From contig OZ244905.1 of NCBI GenBank assembly GCA_965221695.1, positions 3,104,001 to 3,168,000 on the forward strand: a stretch of DNA of 64,000 nt, in the 5' to 3' direction. This document shows, piece after piece, positions 22,501 to 30,250 of this stretch (positions are counted from its first letter, which is position 1; each line of letters begins with the position of its first letter). Under the pieces are notes generated by a model that searched no databases, was not told the origin of the DNA, and was given only the letters and a program-made list of their open reading frames with translations. The translations under genes and the position numbers were made by a program. The DNA is from Gammaproteobacteria bacterium. GTDB lineage: Bacteria > Pseudomonadota > Gammaproteobacteria > Eutrophobiales > Eutrophobiaceae.

Positions 22501-23362
22501 CGGCCCATGCGCGCAGTGTCTTGTGCAGATAGGCGTGGCGATTGTGCTCGCGGTAAAGGATGGGCGTGACGTTCTTGGTCTGCCACTCATTGGCTTGCGT
22601 CGCTTCCTTTCCCCTGGAAAAGCTGCCGAACGCGAATATTTCCGGTAGTGCCTTGCCGAGCAGACTGTCGTAAGCCAGTGCGTCCATCATATAACGCAAC
22701 ACAGGATCGTTGATGCTGTAGCCGACGAAGCATACGGTGTAATTCCGAAACAGTTCGCTGACGAAGCGAGCTGCCCAGCGATCCATAAGATAGGCCTGGC
22801 TGAAATCGCTGCTAGAGAGCACCAGCCGGTCCAGTTGGCTCGCTGTCGGTGCGGCGCTGAGCAAGCCATGAAGATACACCAGACCGTGCCAGCGGTTCTT
22901 TGGCACCGGCAGCGACGGGGCTTCAAAGCGCTCGATGGTCAGATGCTCGGATGTAATCACTTTCTCGAAGAGGCGATCGAAGTTCGTGGTGATAAGCCGT
23001 GTGTGACCAGCGCGGCTCTTGCCAAGCATCAACAAGGCTTCGTGAGTCGCAGTTGCATTCGGGACGCTGAAGTCGGGATCCAGGATGCTCGCTAGCTTTC
23101 CTCGCACATTCTCTCGTCCGCCGATGTTGCGCGTTTCCAGCAACTCAATCGCGATATCGAACTGCTTTGCGTTTATCGCTGCTTTTTGTTCAGCGTCGGG
23201 TGTGACTGCGAGAGACTCGTAGAGCTTCTTGACCAGGTCCAAAAAGCTCGGCAACCCGGCTGGAAATGAGATACCTGCGCCGCTGAAGAATACTACGCGG
23301 CCGTCTTCATGCGCCTGCAGCAGGCGTTCGGGTATTTCGGGTCCATTGCGGACGAACTGCAC
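19583..23362 (-). CDS. dsr1: Defence-associated sirtuin, Dsr1-like (SIR2-like N-terminus, DUF4020-like C-terminal region)
   Basis: MQF..GPEIPERLLQAHEDGRVVFFSGAGIS, TTNFD, YLHG, FVGYSINDP; 1259 aa; GTG start. Confidence 0.85.
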   Translation of the reverse strand: MQFVRNGPEIPERLLQAHEDGRVVFFSGAGISFPAGLPSFLDLVKKLYESLAVTPDAEQKAAINAKQFDIAIELLETRNIGGRENVRGKLASILDPDFSVPNATATHEALLMLGKSRAGHTRLITTNFDRLFEKVITSEHLTIERFEAPSLPVPKNRWHGLVYLHGLLSAAPTASQLDRLVLSSSDFSQAYLMDRWAARFVSELFRNYTVCFVGYSINDPVLRYMMDALAYDSLLGKALPEIFAFGSFSRGKEATQANEWQTKNVTPILYREHNRHAYLHKTLRAWAETYRDGVRGKERIVVECAKENPLANTRQNNFVGRMLWALSDPTGLPARRFADLDPVPSLAWLDPLSEERYHHADLDCFGVPPKADVDDELAFSLICRPSPYPLAPLMCVVDDGSRGGRWDKVMWQLARWLVRHLDDPALVLWLSKCGGQLHDEMAGLIEHRLDEQAKLEREGNTAKLTHISANAPKAIPGPLMRTLWRLLLTGRLRSWQSVFDRYLWSDRFKRDGLTATLRLELREMLTPRILLREPFPRLVEEEETGEPEDINDLVGWEIVLSTEHVYSSLRDLTNDDRWIAALPELLSDVSALLRDALDLMRELGSAGDRSDRSYFHQPSISEHPQNKDFRDWTVLIDLTRDAWLATLRRLPKQAALVAESWWYTPYPLFRRLAFFAAAQDNLIPLRRALDWLLADDHWWLWSGETQREAMRLIIALAPKLDSAMLLELEQAILGKPPREMFRDDVDPDLWTRIMDREIWLRLAKIAGSGGVLSSSSKERLTQLTEQYPEWELAADQRDEFPYWESDGDELRKFVRSPRRRQKLVEWLRQQSNKDHWQKDDWMQRCRDNFATAACALCALAKEGVWPIERWCEALQVWSEEKHLSRSWRYMAPILVAAPDANMQSLGHGVSLWLKAVSRTFEGHEAHFFTLGRRILTLDLQDGVETNDHVTRAINHPVGHVSEALLRWWYRRSLEDRQGLPEKIKPIFTELCDTGVGKFRHGRVLLAAHIVPLFRIDPDWVKQHLLPFFDWQRSRAEASAAWEGFLWSAQLYHPLMEMLKSSFLDTARHYGELGEYGRQYASLLTIAALDRGDTFTIDELAVATRSLPPDVLHNAAHTLVRSLEDAGDQRADYWANRVDPYLHNIWPNTSDKNTPTIAESLGLLCVTAREAFPEALTRLKVWLQPLSHPDHLVQRLHEAGLCDKFPQEALDFLKLVIGEQTQWLPRRLVKCLEEIKKSAPELATDDRYEWLMKYSRQHGQ

Positions 23363-23458
23363 TTAGGCAGGTCTCTTCAGAGGCATGCAACCGATCACGA
23401 CTAATGAGTAGAATGTGATTGTTATCAATAGCCTACATTAAGCTGAAGAGGAGATACC

Positions 23459-23509
23459 ATGAACACAGAGTGTACGGCAACCCAACTTGAATTTCAATCC
23501 TTTGGCTGA
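23459..23509 (+). pseudogene. IS1380-family transposase N-terminal remnant
   Basis: GAGGAG RBS then MNTECTATQLEFQSFG*, resembling the M.TEC...QLEFQ..G start of IS1380 transposases. Confidence 0.5.
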
Positions 23510-23532
23510 CGATGACAGTAGGCTCACCTCGG

Positions 23533-23610
23533 CACGGATTCCAGTTGAACGTGGACACCGATTCTGGTCCATCGTGAACATCTGTTCCGGTTGAACGTGA
23601 ACACTTTTCG
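23533..23610. mobile_element. Orphan IS21-family terminal repeat array
   Basis: Three imperfect tandem 23-bp units at 23537, 23560 and 23583 (GATTCCAGTTGAACGTGGACACC-like), typical of IS21 ends; no istAB present. Confidence 0.6.
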
Positions 23611-23830
23611 GGTGATCCCAGAATGTATGTTCATATGCTGTTAATAGCCGTTCACGTGACGCCATAAGTGCCCGCACCTGACCGGCAACTGGTCTGTGAG
23701 TAATACACCTAGCGCTACCCGAACCGATGTTACAGTTATTCCCAGTTCTGCGACCGTTATCGCCACTGTCGTCTGTTGTTCGCGTACGTCCGTTAGCGTG
23801 GTAACTCGGCGACGTTTCTCCGTTGAGCGC

Positions 23831-25069
23831 TTAATCGTTCAGGCGTTTAGCGCGTTTTTCAATAGTGGCGATGATGTCATCAAACACACCAGATGCCAGC
23901 CCATCTTCTGTCAGGCTTGCTTTCAGACTTGGCGCTGCCTCCATCATTTTCTCTGTCATCGTTTTAATCTGCCGGTTCAAAGCTGATTGTGCAGCCTTGG
24001 TATCGGCCACCAGCCTGTGAAAGTGCCTCAGATACACATCCTTAGGCTTATATTTGCCACCAATCTTCATGGCCATCTTTTCAGACAGATCAGGATATAT
24101 GGCTGTACTCAACAAATCATAGGCTGGCGCTAGTTCTGGTTTGTTACCCTTATAGAGCAATGAAAAATTCTTCCCATGGGCATCGGCGTTGCCTACCAGA
24201 TAATTATAAAGCACCATGTTCAACAGTTTAGTCTGATCTGCAGCAGGACGTGCAGCATGTTTGGCTATAACTTCCTGACATGCAGCAATATTAGGACCTC
24301 CCTCACGTTCGTATTTTATCTCAGGTGCAATACCCAACACCTGACAGAAATCTTCCTGATGGATGCGCGTTATTGTGCCATTTTCCGCAATATAACGATC
24401 ATAACGCTCCACCAGGTAATAAGGTGTGTCATCCACAAAATGCAATGATGCTTCCGGCACATCAAGACCGACCATTTTGGCAAGCTTCATACAAAACAAC
24501 TCATTATGAGGACTGTCTTTCACGCGCTCAATCATGGACTTTAAGATATGCGTGGTTGGAGCGCCGCCTTTGATAAGTAGTACATGTCCATCTTTAAAGC
24601 CGACCGCCAGCTTATCCTGTGCGCCAGCCAGAGATAGGCGGTACCCATCCTCACCCGCCAGCATTGGACGGCGTTTTATCAGATCCAACACCTCTCTCAA
24701 TCGGTTATCATCTAAGATTTTAACATGATCTGAGGCCACGGGTGGTTTATCGCCATGCGGGTATAGCGCCAAAGCTCCCGCACAATCGCCACCAACTGCC
24801 TCCAGCAAGGCAAAAGGATTCTTTTTGGAAAGTCCTAAATACTTCGCCAAGCGATCTCGCACGCTTTCCTCAGGCAACAGGCCAGAGAAGAACGCTTTGA
24901 CCTGTTTGCCTGTAAAACTCTCGGCCTGCAAAGGCAGTGAAAGCGAGATGCCGCATGATGCTGAATCCAAATAATCGGCGTCATAGGTAAAGACCAATTC
25001 GCCGCTATCGGTTTGCTCAAGGCTTCCAGCCGGCTTGTCCTGTAAATAGACATCTAATACCCGGCTCAT
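23831..25069 (-). CDS. hipA: HipA-family toxin kinase
   Basis: LSLAGAQDK, HILK, HQEDFCQ, GNADAHGKNFS, LAPAYDL; catalytic motifs intact. Confidence 0.93.
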   Translation of the reverse strand: MSRVLDVYLQDKPAGSLEQTDSGELVFTYDADYLDSASCGISLSLPLQAESFTGKQVKAFFSGLLPEESVRDRLAKYLGLSKKNPFALLEAVGGDCAGALALYPHGDKPPVASDHVKILDDNRLREVLDLIKRRPMLAGEDGYRLSLAGAQDKLAVGFKDGHVLLIKGGAPTTHILKSMIERVKDSPHNELFCMKLAKMVGLDVPEASLHFVDDTPYYLVERYDRYIAENGTITRIHQEDFCQVLGIAPEIKYEREGGPNIAACQEVIAKHAARPAADQTKLLNMVLYNYLVGNADAHGKNFSLLYKGNKPELAPAYDLLSTAIYPDLSEKMAMKIGGKYKPKDVYLRHFHRLVADTKAAQSALNRQIKTMTEKMMEAAPSLKASLTEDGLASGVFDDIIATIEKRAKRLND

Positions 25070-25281
25070 AGGGTTTCATCACCCACTGTGACATCAATAC
25101 CGAGCATAGATACAACGGTCAGCGCCTTGCCGATGTGGCAGGACTCTTTGCCTTGTTCCAGCTCGCGGATAAACCGTACCCCCACGCCTGTAGTGGCAGC
25201 CAGTTGCTGTTGTGTCAAGCCTTGCTCTTTTCGAGCTTTCTTCAAAATAGCGCCGAGTTTTTCGATTTTGCTGTCTGTCAT
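25066..25281 (-). CDS. hipB: HipB-like XRE antitoxin
   Basis: 71-aa HTH (GLTQQQLAATTGVGVRFIRELEQGK); 4-bp overlap with hipA. Confidence 0.88.
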   Translation of the reverse strand: MTDSKIEKLGAILKKARKEQGLTQQQLAATTGVGVRFIRELEQGKESCHIGKALTVVSMLGIDVTVGDETL

Positions 25282-25288
25282 AAATCAA

Positions 25289-25398
25289 CCCTTTCGGGAT
25301 GATTTTAGCATTTTTTAGCAAAAAAACTATAAAATAAACCCGTTCGGGTCTGTTTTGTCGTTTAAGGCGAGATCTATATCCTAATCATCCCGTTCGGG
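25289..25398. promoter_or_regulatory. Three putative HipB operators CCC(G/T)TTCGGG
   Basis: Sites start at 25289, 25339 and 25389, exactly 50 bp apart, directly upstream of hipB. Confidence 0.65.
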
Positions 25399-25440
25399 GT
25401 TATATTGGGTGATTTGCTGCATGTCGGAATGCGACAATTT

Positions 25441-25483
25441 TGGCGGAGAGGAGGAAGATTCGAACCCTCGATACGCTATTAAC
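25441..25483 (-). pseudogene. tRNA-Ser 3' fragment (att-site remnant)
   Basis: Reverse complement GTTAATAGCGTATCGAGGGTTCGAATCTTCCTCCTCTCCGCCA: part of the variable arm, T-arm and GCCA end; no 5' half. Confidence 0.75.
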
Positions 25484-25573
25484 TCCATTGACATGTTGTA
25501 CTCTTCTTACTCGCCGCAGACAGTTACTGGATGTCCGTTTCTTATCGGAACGGGGATAGTTTAAGATATTTAA

Positions 25574-25724
25574 GGAAACTCTGAACAAGTCCATCCTGGA
25601 CTTGTCAGAATACGGAAAACAAAAATGCGATTTTTGTTTTCCTCACAATATCAATGCCTTACAGTCATTGATATTGACGATACATCCCTGTATCGTAGGA
25701 ACCTCTGACTTAATCAGAGGTTCC
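25574..25724. mobile_element. 151-bp MITE-like five-hairpin element, copy 2
   Basis: GGAAACTCTGAACAAG...CTTAATCAGAGGTTCC with TTAA on both flanks; colinear with 8057..8207. Confidence 0.87.
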
Positions 25725-25907
25725 TTAAATGTGAGTAAGAAGTCAGGACTGCGCCGCTGCTGGAAACGCGTCCCTTTTCCAGCGCGGGAATGGTTCTGAT
25801 GCGCAGAGATTGGATCTTTGCCGGCCTGGCAGGGCTTGTATTCCTGGTTCCATCTGTTTTAATCTGGCAAATTCCTTAACACTACGATACAACGCAACCG
25901 GGGCGGC

Positions 25908-26318
25908 ATGGATATCATCTACCTGAACGATCTGCGCATAGACACCGTGATTGGTATCTACGAGTGGGAGCGCAAGATAAAGCAGACTTTGATCTTCGAT
26001 ATCGAGATCGCTGCGGATACCGGCATAGCGGCGTTATCAGACAGTATTGAGGATGCCGTCAGCTATGAGGCGGTGGCGCAACGTTTGATCAGTTATGTGA
26101 GCGCAGCGCAGTTCGAGTTGCTTGAGACCCTGGCGGAAAAAGTCGCCGGCATTCTGATGGATGAGTTCAACGCGCGCTGGTGCCGCATCCGGCTCAACAA
26201 ACCCGGCGCGGTCCGCGGCGCGCGCAACGTGGGCATAATTATAGAGCGCGGCGACAGCCCGAATATTTCATCGAATCCGGCGCAATCTTTGCGCCAATCG
26301 ATGAAAGATTCGGATTAG
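25908..26318 (+). CDS. folB: Dihydroneopterin aldolase
   Basis: IGIYEWER..KQTL, LLETLAE, KPGAV..A..VGIIIER. Confidence 0.95.
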   Translation: MDIIYLNDLRIDTVIGIYEWERKIKQTLIFDIEIAADTGIAALSDSIEDAVSYEAVAQRLISYVSAAQFELLETLAEKVAGILMDEFNARWCRIRLNKPGAVRGARNVGIIIERGDSPNISSNPAQSLRQSMKDSD

Positions 26319-26326
26319 GGACTGAA

Positions 26327-26824
26327 ATGGCGCAAATTTATATCGGCGTGGGCAGCAACCTGGAGCGGGGGAAACACATCCGGGCCGGTATCCGGGCGCT
26401 CAAGGCAGAATTTCGGAATGTGCGCGTCTCGACCATTTACGAAAACAGGGCAGTAGGGTTTGACGGCGCGGATTTCTACAATTTCGTGGCGGGTTGTGAG
26501 ACCGACCTTGAGGCGGATCAGGTGGTCAAGCGATTGCGCCGGATTGAAGACGACTACGGGCGCGACCGGAGCGGACCGTATGTCTCATCCATTACCCTGG
26601 ACCTGGACTTGTTGCTTTACAATGATCTGGTTACCAGGTCTGATACATTTCAATTGCCTCGTTCGGACATCGATCGGTACGCTTTTGTATTGCGTCCCCT
26701 GGCGGAGCTTGCGCCGGAGCTGCGCCATCCTGTGTCCGGTAAAACCTGCGCCCGGTTATGGTCTGAATTCGACCAGTCGGCACAGAAATTATCGCCGGTC
26801 GAATTTGACCTGGAAGTGGAATGA
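26327..26824 (+). CDS. folK: 2-amino-4-hydroxy-6-hydroxymethyldihydropteridine diphosphokinase
   Basis: Start MAQIYIGVGSNL at 26327; TLDLDLLLY, AFVLRPLAELAP. Confidence 0.93.
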   Translation: MAQIYIGVGSNLERGKHIRAGIRALKAEFRNVRVSTIYENRAVGFDGADFYNFVAGCETDLEADQVVKRLRRIEDDYGRDRSGPYVSSITLDLDLLLYNDLVTRSDTFQLPRSDIDRYAFVLRPLAELAPELRHPVSGKTCARLWSEFDQSAQKLSPVEFDLEVE

Positions 26825-28044
26825 GGCATTTCCATATGGATCATGGTTCTGGTAGCGGCTTGGGCGCCGAACTGCAATTACCGGTCCCGTCGCGAGCGGC
26901 CCGTAAACATAGCGATGCGCTAGCAGGACTAATTTGTGAGCAGATTCACAGCAGCGGAGGCAGCATCAGCTTTGAACGTTTTATGGAAATGGCCTTGTAT
27001 GAGCCCGGTTGGGGTTATTACAGCGCCGGCGCGGCCCGGTTTGGCGCGGCTGGAGATTTTATCACTGCGCCCCAGGTTTCGCCCCTGTTTTCCCGCTGTC
27101 TGGCACGGCAATGCAGGCAGGCGCTGGCGGCGCTGCGCGCCGGTGATATCCTGGAACTGGGCGCGGGCTCAGGGCTTATGGCGCAGGATCTTTTGCTGGA
27201 ATTGGAAGCGTTGGACAGCTTGCCGGAACGTTACCTGATATTGGAAACCGGCGCAGATTTGCGCCGGCGCCAGCAGCAATTGTTCTCCAGCCGCATACCC
27301 CACCTGTTGCCGCGCATAAGCTGGCTGGATGCATTGCCTGAACAACCGTTGCGCGGTGTTATCGTCGCCAATGAGGTGGTTGATGCGTTGCCGGTAAAAC
27401 GGGCGCTGCTGAACCAGGGGAGGTTGCATGAGCTATGCGTAGGTCATGGCAGAGATGGTTTTTTCTGGATAGAGGCGCCCTGTGAGGACGATCAGCTCTC
27501 CACGGCCTGGGATGAGATCGCCGCAGGGCTGCCGGCGTCGCTTCCCGAACCCTACCGGACGGAGATAAACGTACGCGCCGATGCTTGGATGCGGTCGATG
27601 AGTGAGATTTTAAGACAAGGGGTGATATTGTTAATCGATTATGGCTACCCGCGCCGCGAATATTATCACCCCCAACGCGACCGGGGCGCTCTGGTGTGTC
27701 ATTACCGCCATCGTTCCCACGACGAGCCATTTTTTTATCCCGGCTTACAGGATATCTCCGCATCGGTGGACTTCAGCGCTCTGGCGCAGGCGGCTCAGGA
27801 AAGCGGATTGCGCCTGGCCGGCTATACCAGCCAGGCGCACTTCCTCATCGGCTGCGGCATGACTGAAATGGCCGCGTCCTTGCACAACGGTAACGGCTAT
27901 CTCGACCCCGCCATATCCGGCCAGGTCAAACGCCTGCTCCTACCGGGTGAGATGGGCGAACGTTTCAAGGTCATAGCCTTTGCCAGGAATTTCACGGAGC
28001 CCTTGTTGGGGTTTCAATTCATCGACCAACAGGAACGTCTTTAG
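26821..28044 (+). CDS. SAM-dependent methyltransferase, MidA/NDUFAF7 family
   Basis: FMEMALY.P..GYY, GDFITAP, LELGAGSG, ANEVVDALP, IDYG, QDISASVDF, MGERFKV. Confidence 0.88.
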   Translation: MRHFHMDHGSGSGLGAELQLPVPSRAARKHSDALAGLICEQIHSSGGSISFERFMEMALYEPGWGYYSAGAARFGAAGDFITAPQVSPLFSRCLARQCRQALAALRAGDILELGAGSGLMAQDLLLELEALDSLPERYLILETGADLRRRQQQLFSSRIPHLLPRISWLDALPEQPLRGVIVANEVVDALPVKRALLNQGRLHELCVGHGRDGFFWIEAPCEDDQLSTAWDEIAAGLPASLPEPYRTEINVRADAWMRSMSEILRQGVILLIDYGYPRREYYHPQRDRGALVCHYRHRSHDEPFFYPGLQDISASVDFSALAQAAQESGLRLAGYTSQAHFLIGCGMTEMAASLHNGNGYLDPAISGQVKRLLLPGEMGERFKVIAFARNFTEPLLGFQFIDQQERL

Positions 28045-28056
28045 CGGCGCAAATAA

Positions 28057-28848
28057 ATGGACAGTCTGCATGCCATCGTCCTGGGCCTGCTCCAGGGGCT
28101 GACCGAATTCCTGCCCATCAGCAGCTCAGCCCATCTTATCCTGCTGCCGAAGTTGGCGGGGTGGGCTGACCAGGGTCTGTTGTACGATGTTGGCGCGCAT
28201 TTCGGCAGCTTGCTGGCGCTGCTGATTTATTTCAGGACAGACCTGGCGCGTATGGGCGCGAGTTGGTTTAACTCGTTCAGCGCCGGGCGCAACCGCGCTG
28301 CTGACATGGTTTGGTTACTGGCGCTTGCTACTGTGCCAATCTGCCTGGCCGGCCTGTTGCTTCATCATACTGCCGAGCGCTTGCGCGACCCAATGGTTAT
28401 CGCCGCAGCGACGGTATTGTTTGGGCTGTTGCTGTGGTGGGCGGACCGCGCCGGCAAGCGCGCGCGAGATCTGGACGCGTTGGGAGTTCGTGATGCCCTC
28501 GTTATCGGTCTGTTCCAGGTATTGGCCCTGATACCGGGCGCATCCCGTTCGGGTATCACGATGACCGCAGGATTGTTGCTGGGCTTGAACAGGGAGGCTG
28601 CGAGTCGATTTTCCTTCCTGTTGGCAATCCCGACAATCCTGCTGGCTTCCGGTTATGAATTACTGAATGCCTCATTCTCTTCGGCAACCGTGGATTGGAC
28701 TGCGCTCGTCACGGTCAGCGCGCTGGCCTTCATCAGCGCTTACCTGACAATCCATTGGTTCCTGAAACTGGTGGAGCGTACCGGAATGTTGCCTTATGTC
28801 ATCTACCGCCTCGCGCTGGGTGGGGTATTGTTCATCCTATTCCGATAG
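28057..28848 (+). CDS. uppP: Undecaprenyl-diphosphate phosphatase
   Basis: QGLTEFLPISSSAH, PGASRSG, FSFLLAIP. Confidence 0.95.
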   Translation: MDSLHAIVLGLLQGLTEFLPISSSAHLILLPKLAGWADQGLLYDVGAHFGSLLALLIYFRTDLARMGASWFNSFSAGRNRAADMVWLLALATVPICLAGLLLHHTAERLRDPMVIAAATVLFGLLLWWADRAGKRARDLDALGVRDALVIGLFQVLALIPGASRSGITMTAGLLLGLNREAASRFSFLLAIPTILLASGYELLNASFSSATVDWTALVTVSALAFISAYLTIHWFLKLVERTGMLPYVIYRLALGGVLFILFR

Positions 28849-28882
28849 TGTAAATCGTGATCTGAAACTTCATGCCTGCAGC

Positions 28883-30193
28883 ATGCGTCAATTTTTCTAC
28901 CTGACTTCAATCAGCAATTGTGCAAGACTGCTCCTGAAGATCGAAGCCCATGAGATCAGGGCGGCGCTGACCGCTTTCAGCTTCCTGTTCACTCTCATGC
29001 TGGCCTATTACACCTTGCGTCCGGTGCGTGATGCCATGGCCAGCGACTGGTCCGATGCCGAGTTGAGTTGGCTTTGGACATCTACCTTTGTCATCAGCCT
29101 GGTCGTCGTCAGCGTGTACAGCGGCGTGATTTCCAGGATCAGTTTTAAGCGCATCGTTCCGGGTGTGTACGGCTTTTTCTCACTATCTTTCCTTGCGTTC
29201 TACCTGGGCGCGCGCACGATGGACAACCCGGTTTACGCTGACAAGGCATTTTACGTCTGGCTTAGTGTCTTCAGCTTGTTTCATGTCTCCGTGTTCTGGA
29301 GTTTTATGACGGACATGTTCTCGAAGGAGCAGGGTAAAAGACTGTTCGGTTTTATCGCTTCCGGCGCCAGCATCGGCGCGGTGGCCGGGCCTGCTGTTCC
29401 GGTCTTTTTTTCCGCTTACCTGGGTGTTTATAACCTAATCCTGCTGGCAGCCGCGTTGTTAGCGCTGATGATCCCGCTGAGCGCGCGCCTGGAAAAACTG
29501 AAACGCATGGACCTGCAAGACGATCAGGCCGGCGCCGATGAGTCATCCTGGGTTGCCACAGGCGGCAACCCTTTGGCCGGTTTTGCCGATTTCTTCAGCA
29601 ACCGTCACCTGCTCGGGATCGGCTTGTTCATCCTGTTGTACACTGTGATCAGCGCGTTCGTTTATTTTGAACTGAAAAATATGCTGGCCGATTTCGACCG
29701 CGCCACCCGCTCGCAATACTGGGGGCTGATGGACTTGATTGTAAATTCACTTGCCGTAATTACCGCTATGTTTGCCACCAACCGCCTGGCCGTGCGCTTT
29801 GGGTTGCGCGTGACCTTATCGATAATACCTTTCGCGATCGTCGCCGGCTGGTTGATTGTGGCGATTGCTCCGCTGTTATCTGTGCTGATGGGTCTGCAGA
29901 TCGCGCGCCGCGCCGGCAACTATGCGATCACTCGTCCCGGCAGGGAGATGCTTTTCACCGAGGTAAGCCGGGAAACCCGATTCAGAACAAAACCGGTTAT
30001 TGATATCGTAGTCTACCGTGGCGGCGACATGTTGAGCGGCTGGGTGTACACCGGCCTGGCCGCTGGCTTTGGCCTGGGCCTGACGGGCATGGGACTGATC
30101 GGCGCCAGTATTGCGTTATTATGGGCAATCGTGGCAATATTCATCGGCAATGCGTATGATCGGGACCGTATAGCCACGGGTGAACCGGAATGA
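28883..30193 (+). CDS. MFS transporter of the ATP/ADP antiporter (NTT-like) family
   Basis: YYTLRPVRDAMA, SVFWSFM.D.F, KRLFGFI, RPGREMLFT, K.VID..VYRGGD; about 12 TM segments; start approximate. Confidence 0.75.
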   Translation: MRQFFYLTSISNCARLLLKIEAHEIRAALTAFSFLFTLMLAYYTLRPVRDAMASDWSDAELSWLWTSTFVISLVVVSVYSGVISRISFKRIVPGVYGFFSLSFLAFYLGARTMDNPVYADKAFYVWLSVFSLFHVSVFWSFMTDMFSKEQGKRLFGFIASGASIGAVAGPAVPVFFSAYLGVYNLILLAAALLALMIPLSARLEKLKRMDLQDDQAGADESSWVATGGNPLAGFADFFSNRHLLGIGLFILLYTVISAFVYFELKNMLADFDRATRSQYWGLMDLIVNSLAVITAMFATNRLAVRFGLRVTLSIIPFAIVAGWLIVAIAPLLSVLMGLQIARRAGNYAITRPGREMLFTEVSRETRFRTKPVIDIVVYRGGDMLSGWVYTGLAAGFGLGLTGMGLIGASIALLWAIVAIFIGNAYDRDRIATGEPE

Positions 30194-30225
30194 AATACAT
30201 CACAGGCTGCAGTCCGGGCCAATCC

Positions 30226-30241
30226 TGGTGAGAAATCCGGG
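30226..30241. repeat. IS1380-end-like micro-repeat
   Basis: TGGTGAGAAATCCGGG followed by CTAA, 9 bp before the cca ATG. Confidence 0.55.
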
Positions 30242-30250
30242 CTAAACTCC

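Noticed and set aside
23537-23605. Tandem 23-bp repeats as a possible CRISPR array
   Set aside because: No unique spacers and no cas genes; the pattern fits an IS21-type end.
23438-23830. Small ORFs 23438..23677 and 23696..23986 as novel defence genes
   Set aside because: They run through IS remnants or overlap hipA and show no motifs or clear RBS.
25503-25742. Inverted 10-12 bp repeat (CTTCTTACTC / GAGTAAGAAG) around the second 151-bp element
   Set aside because: Short and seen once; it cannot be distinguished from chance.
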